Shown: positions 1 to 14,300 of the stretch, in pieces
How the letters are laid out: each line of letters opens with the position of its first letter
How positions within the stretch are numbered: position 1 is the first letter of the stretch
Virus record (IMG/VR): IMGVR_UViG_3300008262_000018
Coordinates: 57,097 to 121,096 of that record
DNA from: a virus
Length of the DNA: 64,000 nt
Reading direction: 5' to 3' (one strand)
Made by a program: the position numbers and the translations under genes
The notes under the pieces: generated by a model
Seen by the model: only the letters and a program-made list of their open reading frames with translations
The model's database searches: none
What the model was told of the DNA's origin: nothing

Positions 1-2322
1 AAAGAGCAACAGTATAATAGTGGATTTAGCAAACTAGCTAATCAATGGGCGTATATTTCAAGACCTGTAACAAATCCTGAAAATGCAAAGGTTAGGGATG
101 CTTTTTTAAAACAGGCTAAAGAAAATTTAAAAAATCTTTCTACATTAGATTTATCTGAGTATCAAAATGTTGAGGCAGCTATGAACGTTTTTGCTCCTTA
201 TCAAAACAATGAAAATCTTATTGGAGATCAAGAACTTACAGCATTTTATAATGAGCAAGAAAATATAGCTGAAGGATATAGAAATACAGAAGGAGGTAAG
301 TATTTTAATGAAGATAATTTAAATGATATTAGATTACAAAGATCTTTATTTGCTCAAGCTAAACCTACTGATTGGAAATCATTTTATAGTGGTAAAAGAC
401 CTTATAATCCCTATTATGATACTCAAGATGAGTATACTAAATTAATGGAGAAATTCAAACCATCAAGTGTTACAACAATTAATAAAAATGGTTTTTATAT
501 TACAACAATCACTGATAAGTCTTGGTATAAAGAAGATATCCAAAGGTATTTAAATGGAATGCTTTCTGAGAAAGCTAAAAACCAATGGGAAATTGAAGCT
601 CGTGTTAGGCTTAATTCTAATCCAGATGGCGTTAAAGAATTATATTTACAGCAATCTAAAGAGAGACTTCCTGCTATTGATAAAGAACTTAATAGAATAA
701 ATGTTGAACTTGTAAAAGCAAAAACACAAGAAGAAAAAGATGCTTTATTAAAAAATAAAGATTACTTTATAAATCTTAAAAAAGAGCTTTCTGATAATGT
801 TTCTAAAATTGAAAAAGGTGATCAAAACTTTATAAGACAAAATTTAGAGTCATTTTCAAAATCAGTGTATATAAATGGTGTTATAGATAAAATAGCAACT
901 GCAAATCAGCATAAAGATATAGATCAAAAACTAGACTTTGATCAAGCTGCTTTAACTGTTTATCAGCAGCAACAACAAAACTGGAGAACTAAATATTCTG
1001 AAGATGCACAAACCTATAGAACAAAATTAGCAATTGCAGCAGATGAGCGTAAGCGTAAAAGTGGTAGTGGTGATGATGGTGACGTACCTCCTATAACAGT
1101 ATCTGACCCTGGTGGCACTTCAGATGTTAATGAACCATTAAATTTTGAACAACTAAAAGAAAAAGCAAGTCAAGCTAAAACAGAAACTGCTATTAAACAT
1201 GATGAACTTGTAACTTATATTAAAAGTAGTACTAATAAAAAAGATTTAAGTGAAACAGAATTTCAAAGTTGGGTAGCAAGTCATCCTAATAATCAATTGG
1301 TTAAAGAGTATGTACAAAAAGCTCATAATCAACAAGCTTGGGAATCAATGGGTGAAAGAAGAAAAGAGGATGCGATGAGATTTGCTATTAATCAAATAGG
1401 AGAAGAAAATTATAATAAATTGGTCGAATGGAATAAGACAAAACAATATTATTCTCCCAATGAATCTGCTCCACCTGAACAAATTGTTCAATCAAGGGGG
1501 GATATGTATAATCTTAATCGTGGACAACGTTTACAAACACAATTTCAAATAGACAAGTTTGCAAGGGAGCAAGCAAATACACAAACAGGTTTTGATGGAA
1601 ATGCTTATAATAAACAATTCGATGCTTATGTTAAATCGTATCTTGCAGAAAAAAAGGATGTTGCTCTTAACACTAAAGGTTCTATGTATACAAAAAATGT
1701 AATAGGATTTAAACCAAGACAAGCAACTATAGCTGGTTTAGCAGGATTAGATGTAGATGATGTAACAAGCATTGTTGCAGTACCTACAACTAATGGATTA
1801 AACATTAGTTTTAAAATTAATGAAAGTAAAGAAAATCCTTATAATGAAGACAAGCATACTATTATTGCTAATAGTATAACAACTAGACTTTCAGGTAGTG
1901 GAGCATCTGTAGGAGAATATAATTCAGAAACTAAAACAATAACAGTTAGAAATGTACCTACATTAGATGCATTTATGGATGATGATGTTTACGGATCTAT
2001 AGATCATTCATATCATGTGCAAGTTAATGATATTGTTAACTGGAGAGGTAATATTCCAGGTGCAGATAAAATAATTCCTCTTGCTGTTAAAGATGCTGGA
2101 GGTAAAAATCGTGTATTTGAAATTAAAAAAGTAACAGGTTATAGTCCAGATTCTGATTTTTATATGTTATTAAATCCTCTAGATAGAAGTAATTTACATG
2201 AAGATGTAACATATAGAAATATAGTTGCTCCATATAACGCATTAGCTTATTTATTAAATAATAATTCTGATGATATAGATCTTATGTTACAAACAAAAGC
2301 TAATAAAAATAAAGGCCAGTAA
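1..2322 (+). CDS. Virion cargo/ejection protein (5'-truncated by window)
   Basis: Frame 1 is open from base 1 through ATG 181 to TAA 2322. Helical, charged protein directly upstream of the virion RNAP, as in the three-large-gene block of crAss-like phages. Confidence 0.6.
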   Translation, partial: KEQQYNSGFSKLANQWAYISRPVTNPENAKVRDAFLKQAKENLKNLSTLDLSEYQNVEAAMNVFAPYQNNENLIGDQELTAFYNEQENIAEGYRNTEGGKYFNEDNLNDIRLQRSLFAQAKPTDWKSFYSGKRPYNPYYDTQDEYTKLMEKFKPSSVTTINKNGFYITTITDKSWYKEDIQRYLNGMLSEKAKNQWEIEARVRLNSNPDGVKELYLQQSKERLPAIDKELNRINVELVKAKTQEEKDALLKNKDYFINLKKELSDNVSKIEKGDQNFIRQNLESFSKSVYINGVIDKIATANQHKDIDQKLDFDQAALTVYQQQQQNWRTKYSEDAQTYRTKLAIAADERKRKSGSGDDGDVPPITVSDPGGTSDVNEPLNFEQLKEKASQAKTETAIKHDELVTYIKSSTNKKDLSETEFQSWVASHPNNQLVKEYVQKAHNQQAWESMGERRKEDAMRFAINQIGEENYNKLVEWNKTKQYYSPNESAPPEQIVQSRGDMYNLNRGQRLQTQFQIDKFAREQANTQTGFDGNAYNKQFDAYVKSYLAEKKDVALNTKGSMYTKNVIGFKPRQATIAGLAGLDVDDVTSIVAVPTTNGLNISFKINESKENPYNEDKHTIIANSITTRLSGSGASVGEYNSETKTITVRNVPTLDAFMDDDVYGSIDHSYHVQVNDIVNWRGNIPGADKIIPLAVKDAGGKNRVFEIKKVTGYSPDSDFYMLLNPLDRSNLHEDVTYRNIVAPYNALAYLLNNNSDDIDLMLQTKANKNKGQ

Positions 2323-2346
2323 ATAATTTTATAACCAGTTTAGGAT

Positions 2347-5300
2347 ATGGCAGAAAATAAACTTTTTGAGGGAATGCAGTTAGATCAAAAACTAGGAATG
2401 GATGAGTTTGAACAACAACTTGATCTAGAAGGTTTGGATAAAAAACCTTTTGAAGTAACTGCTGACACTTCATTACCAAGAAGAATTAAAACTGAAGAAC
2501 AAGCTTTAAATGCACTTAATGATGCTTTTGTAAGAGGCACTCAAGCTACAAGAGGTGGTTCATCAGGATTGTACAATCCTAAAATTGTTCCTTACAATAG
2601 TGTAAAGAAGTATTTAGACATGCCTTATGGCTACAACTATGGTCTTGATAATGATAATTTTTACGCTAATCAAGAACATTGGTTAAAAACAGCTGGTAAA
2701 GGTATTATGCGATTTGGTATAGGTACAGTTGCTAAAGTTGGTGAAGGTGCAGGTTTTTTATTAGGATTATCTAATCCATTAAACTGGGATGGTGATGTTA
2801 TTTCTAATGCTGCTGATAATGGAATATCACAACTGTTTGGAGCACTTGACCAAAAAACAAAAGAAGATTGGTTTCCTCTTTACCAAGAAGCTGAAGATAG
2901 AGAAAAAGGATTTTGGAATAGACTATTTACTGATGGAGATTTTTGGGCTGGAGATATTGCAGATGGATTTGCATTTGCAGTATCTGTTTTTGTTCCAGGT
3001 ATGGCATTGAGTAAGTTAGGATTAGGTGCAAAAGTATTAAGAGCAACTGCTCCTCTTAGAATTGGTACAGGTATTGCTGAAGATGCTGTTATTAATGCAG
3101 GAAAAGTTCAAAACTATCTCACAAGAGGTGCTCAAATAGCAAAAGGAATAGATAAGTTTACTGCATGGGGAACTATGACAGCAAGTGAATCTTTATTTGA
3201 AGCTGCTGAAATAAAAAGAAATATTATAAATTCTCTTACGCAAGATGAATTTGGAAACTATGTAATAAATAAAGAAACAGGTCGTCCATATACAGAAGAA
3301 GAAAAGAAAAGAATTGCTGGTCAAAACGCCCAAGGTGCTTTTTTGTTAAACACTGCACTTCTTGGAATGACTAATATTATACAGCTGAGATGGCTTGGTA
3401 AAATATTTAATGAAGGTGCTGAGTTAAGCACTAAACGTATTATAGGAACAAAAAATTTAACTGATGTTTTAAAACTTCCATCAGCATCAGGAAAAATATC
3501 AAAATTTTTAGATGGTAAGTTAGGTGCGTTTTTTTCAGGTTTACCAACAGCTATTGCATCAGAAGGTTTTGTAGAAGAAAACTTTCAGCTTGCTATTCAA
3601 AGGTTGACCGAATCTTATGGTAAAAAAGGTAAAGTTAGAGACTATTTAAATGTAAAAGAACTTTTAGGTCAAGTTGGTAGTCAAACATTAAAAGCAATTT
3701 TGGGTGATGATCCTGAAGCTTCTACAAGTATTGGACTAGGTGGTTTGATTGGTACATCTATGTCAGGTGTATCTAATGTAATGAACTTTTCAAGAGAAAA
3801 AGTTAATAATGAAAACTTAGTAACATCATACAATAATGCACAACAAAATTGGTTAAAGTTTGGTAACATTTACAAAACACAAACAGTTGAAACAACAGAT
3901 GATAGTGGAAATATTGTTAAAACAGAAAAAATAGTATTTGATCCTCAAGGTAGACCAGAAGAAGATGTAGAAAAAGTAGCTGGTGTTTTAACAGGATATA
4001 GAGCTGTTACATCAATGCTTGATGAGTCTGAAAAATTAAAAGATGGTTTGATAAAAACCACAATGCGCGATATGGCTTTTGCTGAGTTTGTAAAAGCACA
4101 CATTAACGCTGGAATTGAAAGTAATCTTTTGGAGAAACTTGATGATGTAATAAAAGCATCACCAGAAGAAGTTGTTAAACTTGGGTTTATTCTTGATGAT
4201 AATGTTGCAGATCAAGTAAATAGATATAAAAACTTGGCTTCAAAAATAATGAAGCAAGATAAGTTAATAAATAGAGATATTTTATTTGATAATACACCAG
4301 AAGATTTAGCAAGAAAAAATACATTAATTGACTTAGCTTCTAAACAAGCTGTTTATGAAAACCTTAGAGATGAAATATCTAAGTCACAAACAGAATTAAA
4401 AAATGAACTAATTGATACTAAAAATACATCTTTATCAGATGGATTAGTAGATCAACTTAATGATCTTGTTTATAGAATTAATGCACAAGAAGAGAAGTTA
4501 AATTCTTTAAAAAAGACTGGCGAGCAATCTTTTGCTTATACAATGGCTAATGATGTTCTTAATGATCTTAAATCTGACCTAAATGATTTATTAAAAAATA
4601 ATGAGTTATCTGTTAAAGATATAAAGAAAGGAAAAGATGGTTTTTATAAATATGAAAAGAAGAGAAGAAATCGTCCTGGAATAGTAGATCAATATAATAA
4701 GAAATCAAAAGTAAAAAGCGAATTAGAAAATTATATTGATGAGCTAGGATATGAGTGGGCAAAATATGCTGATGCAATAAATGGTAAGGATAACTTTCTT
4801 AAAACTTATAATGAAGAAGTTATAGAACCATTAAATAATGATCTTACTAAAAAAGAAGAAGTAGAAAAAGAATTAGCATCAAGACCAAAGGTAGCTTCTG
4901 CAACTATAAAGGATAGTGAAGGAAATGATGTAGATATTTCTTTTTCTGAAAAAGATGTTTACACAAGAGTTAATCCCACTACTAAAAAAACAGAAAAAAT
5001 ACAAGTTGAAAGTATTGACCTTGAAAAAGGTATGGTTATAGTTATTGCTCCTAATGGAACTTCAATAACTGCTCCCATTAAAGATTTTTCACAGGTGCTA
5101 TTTAATGAGCAATGGAAGTTAGAGAAAGTAAAAGAAAAACCAAAAGCTGAACCTAAAGAAGGACAAGATCCTTCTGAAACAGAAGAAGGTTTGTTTACAG
5201 AAATTGAAGATGGTAAGCTTACAGCTGAAGAAGAAAAGTATGCACAAAGACCTAAGTTTCAAGAAGTAGGATTTGGTAAAACATTTGGTAGACAATTTAA

Positions 5301-8300
5301 CGATCCTCCTGCAAATACTATTCCAAACACTGAGAATGGCTCTGATAGATTCTACTATTTTACGGCTAAGCATAATGTTTACAATCGTTACTACTTTTTA
5401 AAAGTGGTAACAGCTGATAATGATGAGTTTAAAATTAGAGACTCAAAGCAGAATCCAGATGATATCAAAGTAGTCTTGATGAAGAGAACTAAAACTGGTG
5501 AAGATCAGTTTAGGTATGACTATGTAGATAAAGATAATAAAATAATTCCTGAAGGATCTGCTACAAAAAATAATATTATATATAGATCTTTAATTGATAT
5601 TAATAATCTTGATATTGATAGAGTTAAAAGAGATTATACAATTGGAGGATTGACAGATGCTGAGATACAAAAAGCAATTGATGAACACATTGCTTTTCAA
5701 AAAGATTTAGCTAAGAGGATAAAAGAAGGTGAGGAAGTATTTTTAAAAGCAGTTTCTACTTCTCCTGGTGTACATACAATAATGTACTCTAATGAGTTTG
5801 ATGAAAAAGGTAATCCAAAACCAGCAGAGCAACCTTTAGAAGGTCGTATTATTGCTCGTGATCCTGACTTTGATGATTTAAGAAGTGCAAACAATCCTGA
5901 AATTAATATTGACTTAAGAGTTGTTACAGCAGATAATGTACCAGCTCAAGGTATTAGAGCAGGTCGTCTTGTTATGCAAGAGTACACTCTTGAGAATGGT
6001 AGAAAGATTTGGGGTGATAATATTTATAGAGTATTTAATAGACAGCTTGATGAAAATGAAAAGGAGAACATATATAATGCTCTTCTTAGACTTTCTGATT
6101 TGTATATTAAAAAATATGGTAAGAAGAATTTCTTTGGTAAGAAAGTAAAAAAATCAACCAAACTTTCAAAAGAAGAAGAGTCTGAGTTAAATCTCATCAC
6201 TGGATATTTAAAAGGTGTTATTAATTGGTCTAAACCAAAGGCTAAAGAAAAGGTTTCTGATAAGAACTTTTGGATAAGCAATGGTTTGCATAGAGGTAGC
6301 ACAGTTGTTCCTTTTGATAGAGCTAGTATTACAAAGAATAAAGAAAAACTTACAAAAGGACTCTACCATAATGTAAACAGTACATATCTAAAGGAAGATA
6401 TGTCTTTTACTACTCTTAAATTTGACAAACTTGGGAAAGCTTCTAAAGATGTTAAATATGATACATATACAGAATACCTTTTAGCAAAAAGAGAAAAAGG
6501 TGCACCACCTGTATACACATCTCTTCCTTTAGCAAATTCTGATATTCCACAAAGAACAAATGCTTATATTAAATGGCAAGAGGTTGGTGTTAAAGAAGAT
6601 GTTGTTGAGGATACAAAGAAGAGAGAAGAGAAAATGGATGCTGCTTCATCAGCTCTTCCAAAAATAGATAGAGAGATCAATGAATTTGTTTCTTTAAAAA
6701 GAAAGTATTTAAAGATTAGAGGTGTCGAGTTTAAATTTACAATATCAAAAGATAGTGTTGTATTTAGTTTTAAAACAGAGAAAGGATATGAACAAAAGAC
6801 TGATCCTATTCCTTTAAGTGAAGTTCCTAAAAGAAGAGATGATTTAATTCAAGTTATTTCAAAAAGAACAGGGTATAAATACGGAGCTACAGCTGCTTTT
6901 CATAAATTAACATTAGAGACATTAGAAAAAGAAAAGAAAAGAAAAGAAGAAGCTAAAAAGAAAGCAGAAGAAGCTGCTAAGAAAAAGCCTAGTGTTTCTA
7001 CAGATGCTAAAGTTAAGATAGAAGCTAAGAAAGCTGAAATACAAAAATTAGAGAAAGAAAAATCTGATTTATTAACAGAAACTAAAACTTCTGAGAAAAG
7101 TGAAATAGATGCCATTCGAGATTTATTAAAAATTGGAAATAAATTTAAAATAGATGGTATAGATGTTACTGTTATTCCTTATGGTACTGGTATGATGATT
7201 TCTGCGGATGGTGTACTTCCAATAAAAGGATATGTTTTTCGTACTAAAAATTTAAACGAAGACGAATTAAATAATCTTACTTATATTTTATATCAAAATA
7301 ACTTTAAAGGAAATAAAAATGTACCTTTAAGTACTTCTGAAATAGATGCTAAAATAAATAAAGCAAAACAAGAACTAGCTGTTTTAGAAGGTGGTGCTAA
7401 ACCTACTGAAGTAACAACAGAAGGTCCTTTCTTTTCTATTGAAGATGCTGTTAGCAATGCTACTATCAAAGATGGTATTGCCACTGCTGTTGTTTCTACA
7501 AAAAATATAACAACTAATGAGGTAGCTGAACTATACAGAGCAGAAGTTAAAATTGTAGGTGGAAATGTACAAGCTGCAAAAAGAGAATTAAGTAAAAAAC
7601 TTCTTGCACAAATTGATACAATAGATGATAACGATATTCCTTTTAGATTAGCAACTGAGCAAGAAGTATCTGAACTTGAAGATTTCGATGAGTATCAGAA
7701 ATTTATGGGAGAAAAACTTCCTCAGATTCCAATTCAAAGAGTTAATAATTTGATTTATGGAAAAGCATTGGGTGCTTTTTTAAAAGGTGGTATTTATATT
7801 TATAATAAAGCAAGTAAGGGTACAGGATATCATGAAGCATTTGAAGCTGTATGGGCTAGTTATCTTACTGATGATGAACAGTTTGAATTAATAAAAGAGT
7901 TTAGACAACGCGAAGGTTCTTTTACAAACCCTTATACAAACATCACTAAACCTTACGCAGAAGCTACTAGATATGATGTAAGAGAGATGTTAGCAGATGA
8001 GTTTGGACCTTATATTGAAAACGAGTCATTTAGTCCTAAAACAGTAGGAGAAAAAACTAAAAACATCCTTCAAAAACTTTGGGAGTTTATTAAATCTATA
8101 TTTGGTCTTAGCAAAAAAGATAGAAAAGATTTTGATACTTATGTTAATAAGATATTTAAGAAAATTTCTAAAGGAGGATATAAGAATGCTAAACCTATTA
8201 GAGATGTAATGACGTTAGCTCCTTCTTTTAAAGTAGCTCCTGGTTTAAATCAACAACAAACCTTAGATGCTTTAGAAGGAATTAACTTTTATTTCTTTAA

Positions 8301-11300
8301 GGAACTCTTCTTAAGAGGGAACACTGTAGATAGTATTATTAGAGGTTTAGATAAGAATGAGATTAACAAGCTTTTAACAAATACTTTTGATACTGCTTTT
8401 AATCAAGTTGTGGCTAATGCCAATGTTGTAAATACAGGTGTTGCTAAAATAGTTAGTGAGCAAAAGAAAGCTCTTTATGATATTTTTAAAGCTAACTTAA
8501 AAAGATATGGAGTTCGTTTTTTTGAGTTAGAAGAACAAGATGAAAGTAAAACAAATGACCCTCTTGGTATTAGAGACTCTATTACCATAGATCCTAGAAA
8601 AACAACCTCTGTAAACGTTTCGTTGCTATTGCTTTCATTGCCAGATATAAGAACTATAAATGGTAAACTAAAACATCAGTTGAATGACTTAGGTCAACCA
8701 ACGCTTGTTGATTCATCAAGAGTGCATACACTTCTTCTAAACGAATTAAGTAATGTATCTTTTATAGTAAAGGAAGATGGTACTAAGGTGAATGCTTTTG
8801 ATCAAATGATTGAAAAGCTTGATGAAAAGTACATGAATACTAAACTGGTTGATGGTAAGCTTGTAAAAGATGGTACATATAGAGAAGGCTATCAATGGGT
8901 TAATAGTTTAAAAATTCGTTTAAAATATCAAGACTTAAAAGGTAATCGTATACAAACAAATGAACTTGATATAGATGATATTAGTCTTCGCGTAGCATTT
9001 ATTAAGAGTTTTTCTAATACTAAGTTTATCCCTGATAAAATGATTGTAGAGAGCGATGGCTTTATCTACAACTTTAATCCTTTGATTAATGTTAATGAGG
9101 ATAGAATTAGAAAAGATTGGGCTAATAATATCAAAAAACAATTAATTTCTAATAAGTCTAAACTATTTAAGTTACAGAAATCTGGTAGATATACTGTCAA
9201 CCAAGCATCTGATGATTACTTTATGCTTGTTGATTACAAAGATAGTGTTGGATTGGAACCTGTCTTAGAAGGATTTAGAAAACTAGGAATAGAATTTTCA
9301 GCTACAACCACTGAACTTAGCAGATACGAAACAACTTTAAGAGAACAATATATTCAAATAGTTAATCGATTTGAAGATAAGACTATTACAGACTTAGAAG
9401 ACTTGTTTGCAAAAGATGTAATTGGTGGTCGTATAGATACACTAATTGGAATAGAGTCTAAGTTTGAAGGAGAAGATAATGTATTAAGCTATTACAATGC
9501 TGATGGGGAAATACAATACTCAGTGGGTATACCTTCTCTCTTTGGTACAACAATTAATATATTAAATAAAGTTAATTCGCTTGAAGAACTTGTTACAACA
9601 GCACCTTGGTTAGGGTTTATTAATAATGAAGGTAAAGCAGAACTCCACCCCTACCAAACTAACTCTATGCTTTTGAAACCTGGTGGATTGTTGTTTAATA
9701 AAGATGGTAAAAGAAAAAGAGCTTCTAAAGATCAAGAGCTCACTTATCGTGTAATTTCAGGTACAGGTGTTTCTAACGTAGATGGTACAAATACTGCTAA
9801 GCTTCAGTTTCCTGAACGTATAGCACTAAAGATTCACTATCTGCTTAATAACGTAACCTTTACACTAATCAACTCTGATAAGAGTACAGAGTATGGAATA
9901 TCTCTACCTAGTAAGTTATTTGTCGAAACTTCTGATGTAGATAATCTTCTTAATGATGAAGATCAAAAAATAACTAACATCTATATAGATCAGCTTAAAG
10001 ATGAACTTGCAGCTGCTGTTTTCCAAAAGACTGATCCTCAGAACATTCAATATTATAGCAAAGGTGTATTTGATCTTGGTCATTTTAGAGATATACTATC
10101 TGATAAAGTGAAAGATAAGTTTAAGAAAAACATATTAGATGAAGAGTCTAAAGACTTTGGCGACTATGAAAAGTTTGTAGAGGATAACCTTAAGGATATT
10201 GAGAAAGATATTAGAACTTATTTAAAAGCTAAGGTAGAAGAGACATATAACTTCTTATTAGAAAATGATATATTCTACAAACCAGGATCTAGAGGTTTCT
10301 GGACTGATTTAAAAATTACAGATGCTATTGATAATGAGCTTTTAAATAAAGTGTTGTCAATAGAGCCTAAGACTGTTAAAGACAGGGATGGATATACTAG
10401 CGATGACATTATGAAAATTGCTGGTTATCTAGCTATTAATGAAGAGATATCAGTTACTGAGCAACACAAGATTGTATATGGTCATCCTGCTATGTATAAA
10501 GATTTGCCAAAACGTGCAAATGGTCCCACTTCTACAAAAGAAGCATTAGTTGAAGATAGTGATATTGTTTCTTGGCAAGATAATAATATGCCAAGGCATG
10601 ATCTTAAAAAGAGATCAGAAGATGTAAATCAAACTATCAATGTGGTATCTTATAAAGACATGGATGTTGTTAGTATCTTTTATAAGGAAATAGCTGAAAA
10701 CATATATAAAGATCTTCGTAATGCAGGTCTTTCACAAGAAGAAGCTGAGAAGAAAGTGGGGGCTAGATTTGATGAATCTAACAATATAACTGGTTTTATA
10801 ATTAAGAATGGAGAATATACAGGATCTGTAAGTGCATATCTTAAACTAACTGAATCTGATGCGATGGCAATGGGTATGCCTGATGCTATTAGAGATTTGC
10901 TATTTGCAAGTAGTAAGTTTACTGATGAGAGAGCTGCTCAATGGGATTATGAAATTGCATATGAAAAGCTAGTTAGATCAGGAACTATAAAAGCAAAAGA
11001 TGGAACTACTATTAAAAAATCAGATCCTAGATATAGAAAGTTTTCAAAAGCTGAATTAGCAGATGCTCTTGAAATATATAAAGTTGGAGATCCAGGATAT
11101 ATATTTGAAGTACTTAAGCCTCAATACTTTGGATATGGAGTCACTAAAAATATATCACATCCTGTCTTTTTGAAACACGCTGTTCAACCTAAGTTTTACA
11201 GACATGTTGAAGGAACACAATTTGAAAAGCTGTATATAGCTGCGCAAAGTAATAAAATAGATATTATTGGATTTGAGTCTGGTGAAAAAGTTGGTAATGT

Positions 11301-14300
11301 CACTACAGAATCAGGTGACTTTGTTCCTGTTTACAATGATCTAGGTGGTACTAATATAGATGAGACTGATGGTAAATACGCTTTTCCTGAAGACTTACCT
11401 ATTCAAACTTTGTATAGTAGGTTCTATGGTATACAAGTGGAGCAAAGTAATAAACCTAAGAAGTCAGTTGTAAGAGGTACACAGGTGACTAAAATCATTA
11501 TGACAAACTTCTATGAAAATGGATTACCAATTAATGAAAGTATTGGAACATTAATAGAAGACTATAATAGCACAATTGATTCTATTATAAAATTAGGAAA
11601 AGAAAAACTTTTAAAAGATCTTGGTTTAGAAAGAGATGGTAAAGATTATAAAACAAAGGATCTTTCTAAGCTTATTGAAATTTTAAGAGCAGAAGCTGAA
11701 TCTCGTGATCTACCAGATAATATCATAGATGCAATTGATTATATAGAAGATATAGAAAATGAAGAGCAAAGCCTTCTCTATTCTTTTGATACAATTATAA
11801 CTAGAGAGAAAATTGATAATATTCTAAACTCAATAGTTGATTCAAGAGTGATTTCTGAAAAGATGAACGGTAAATCATCTCCACAGGTGGCTTCTACGCT
11901 GTATGAAAGTAATCCTCGCAGCTTTATGTATGTTAAAGATGGAGTGTATACACAGCTAAGCAAGTCTGCTCTTAAAACTTTAACAGAAGAAGAGCGCAAG
12001 AGCATTAAAATGACTTCATCAGATTTGAAGTTTTATCGTAAAGGAAAAGATGGTAAAACTTTGAGTATGGAAGTTTATATAGCATGGCCTTTTGGAGATC
12101 AAGTTACACCTGAGCAAATGGGGCTAAAGTTAGAAAATGGTATTTATAAGGTGCCAGAAGGTGCTCTTCGTAACATGGATAAAGAAATTTTAAGAATTAT
12201 TGGCTTCCGTATTCCTACACAGGCTCCTAACTCAATTGAAAGTATTATTATCAAAGGATTTACACCAGCAACAAATGGTGATATGATTGTTGTACCATCA
12301 GAAATAGTTGGTAAATCAGGATCTGACTTTGATATTGATAAACTCAATCTTTACATGCCTAATGTTGAAATAGACGTTGATGGTAATAAATATTATGGAG
12401 AAACTGAGTTTAATGATTTTCTTTATAATAATCTTGTTAAAAGAGGACTATCTGCTGATAAAGCTAAACAAGTAATTGACACATTTACTAAAGATGACTA
12501 TGTACAACTTAATCGTACAACCTTTGCAGAAGCAGGTAAGTATCAAAAGAATGCAGAACTTAGCTTAAATGATATCTCTAAAAGAATGCAAGCTTCTGAT
12601 CAAACATTAGAATATATTAAAAAAGGTATACAAGCTTATAACTTAAATTCTAAAAACAGAAAATATATTAGATATATTCCTGAAGATACTACCACTAAAC
12701 AAGGTCTTCAGAATAGACTTATAAGAATAATGTCTGATCTTATTCTTTCTCCTGAAAACTATGTACAGCTTGTAACCCCTAATAGTACAGCTACATTAAA
12801 AGGATTGGCTAATAGAATGTCTAGACTTGAAGCAATAGCTAATCCAGATAGCTTAAAACAAAATGAAAAATCATTAACGTATTTAAGAAGTTTTATTGGT
12901 ACAACAAAAACAAGGGAGAGATATCTTACAGCTAAACAAATGGTGGGTATTTCAGCATTACATAGTACATTTCATGCTATGGCTCAAAAAGTTGGATTAA
13001 AAGTTAAGGCTGAATATAAAACTAAAAACATAGGATATTTAATTCCTAAAGAAGAAGAAACTACAGGTAAAGGACGTAATAAAACTACCACTCTTAAAGC
13101 TAAAACTGTAGAACCTATTGTAATTAAACTTCCTCATCATCCTGCTGATGAAAAAACTGGGTTGTTTAGTATAGGCTATAAAAAAGCTGTTGATGGTCAA
13201 GATATTTCTGAAATGAATTCAGAATCTACATCAGGATTTGTTGATGGTGCAAAAGATCCATTTGTATTTGATTTGAAGCTATCAATGAATACAGCATCTA
13301 CATGGTTCTACCTTAGACACATGGGTGTCCCTGAATCATATATAGCAGCGTTATTTAGCCAGCCTATTATTGTAGATTATTTTAAAAAGTTTGCAAAGAA
13401 CAGATCTAACTTTAAAAAACAGAATGGAGAGAATCTTTCTAGAGAAGAGCTTATGTTTGAAGCAGTGGCTCCCTACTATGATAAGGTTGTAAAAGGTGGA
13501 TCATTGTTAGCAACGCTTAATTCAATAGAAGAATCTACATTTAATGTTTCTTTTAAAAATCAAAGAAAGAACGATATATTAAAACAACTAGATGTAATAT
13601 ATAATACATTTGACGAGTTTACACTTTCAGAATTAGAAGAAGCTATTACATTAGGTGAAAAGGCTGATCCTAAACTTCAGATTGCAGCGCTATTAAGTTA
13701 CTTAAGATATAATGCTCAAGCTAGTTATTTAAGTAGTTTTATAGCTGGAATTGGTTTTGATACAGGAAAAACAGCAACTACACAGGAAGCTATCTTACAG
13801 ATGTCTAAATGGAAAAAAGCAGAGAAACAAGAGTTTATTAATAATCCAAATGCAATAATGGATGAAACATTTTTAGGACAACTTAAAGCACAAAAAGAAG
13901 ATGTCTTTAATATGTTTAGACGTTTCTTTATTACGTTGTCTCCAGATATTCTAAATGTATTTCAAAAACTTTATGATAAACTTGATGATCCTGATACATT
14001 CTTGATGAGAGATGATGCTTATAATTTAATTACAAGATATCAAAATCACGTATTAGGATATATTCTCCACACTACGCCATTCAAAACATTTGATGGCACA
14101 GAAAAAACACTGAATCAAATGTATGAGGATATGTTCAAGGGAGATAATTCTATAGCAAAACGTTTGTTAGATTTAAAGAATTCTAAAGACGACACTATAT
14201 CAGAAAATTTATTTATAAAAGAATTAATGCCATTATTAACAAATAACGATATTAAAACAAATAATATATCCTTATTTAGAAATAGACTTGATACTTTTGA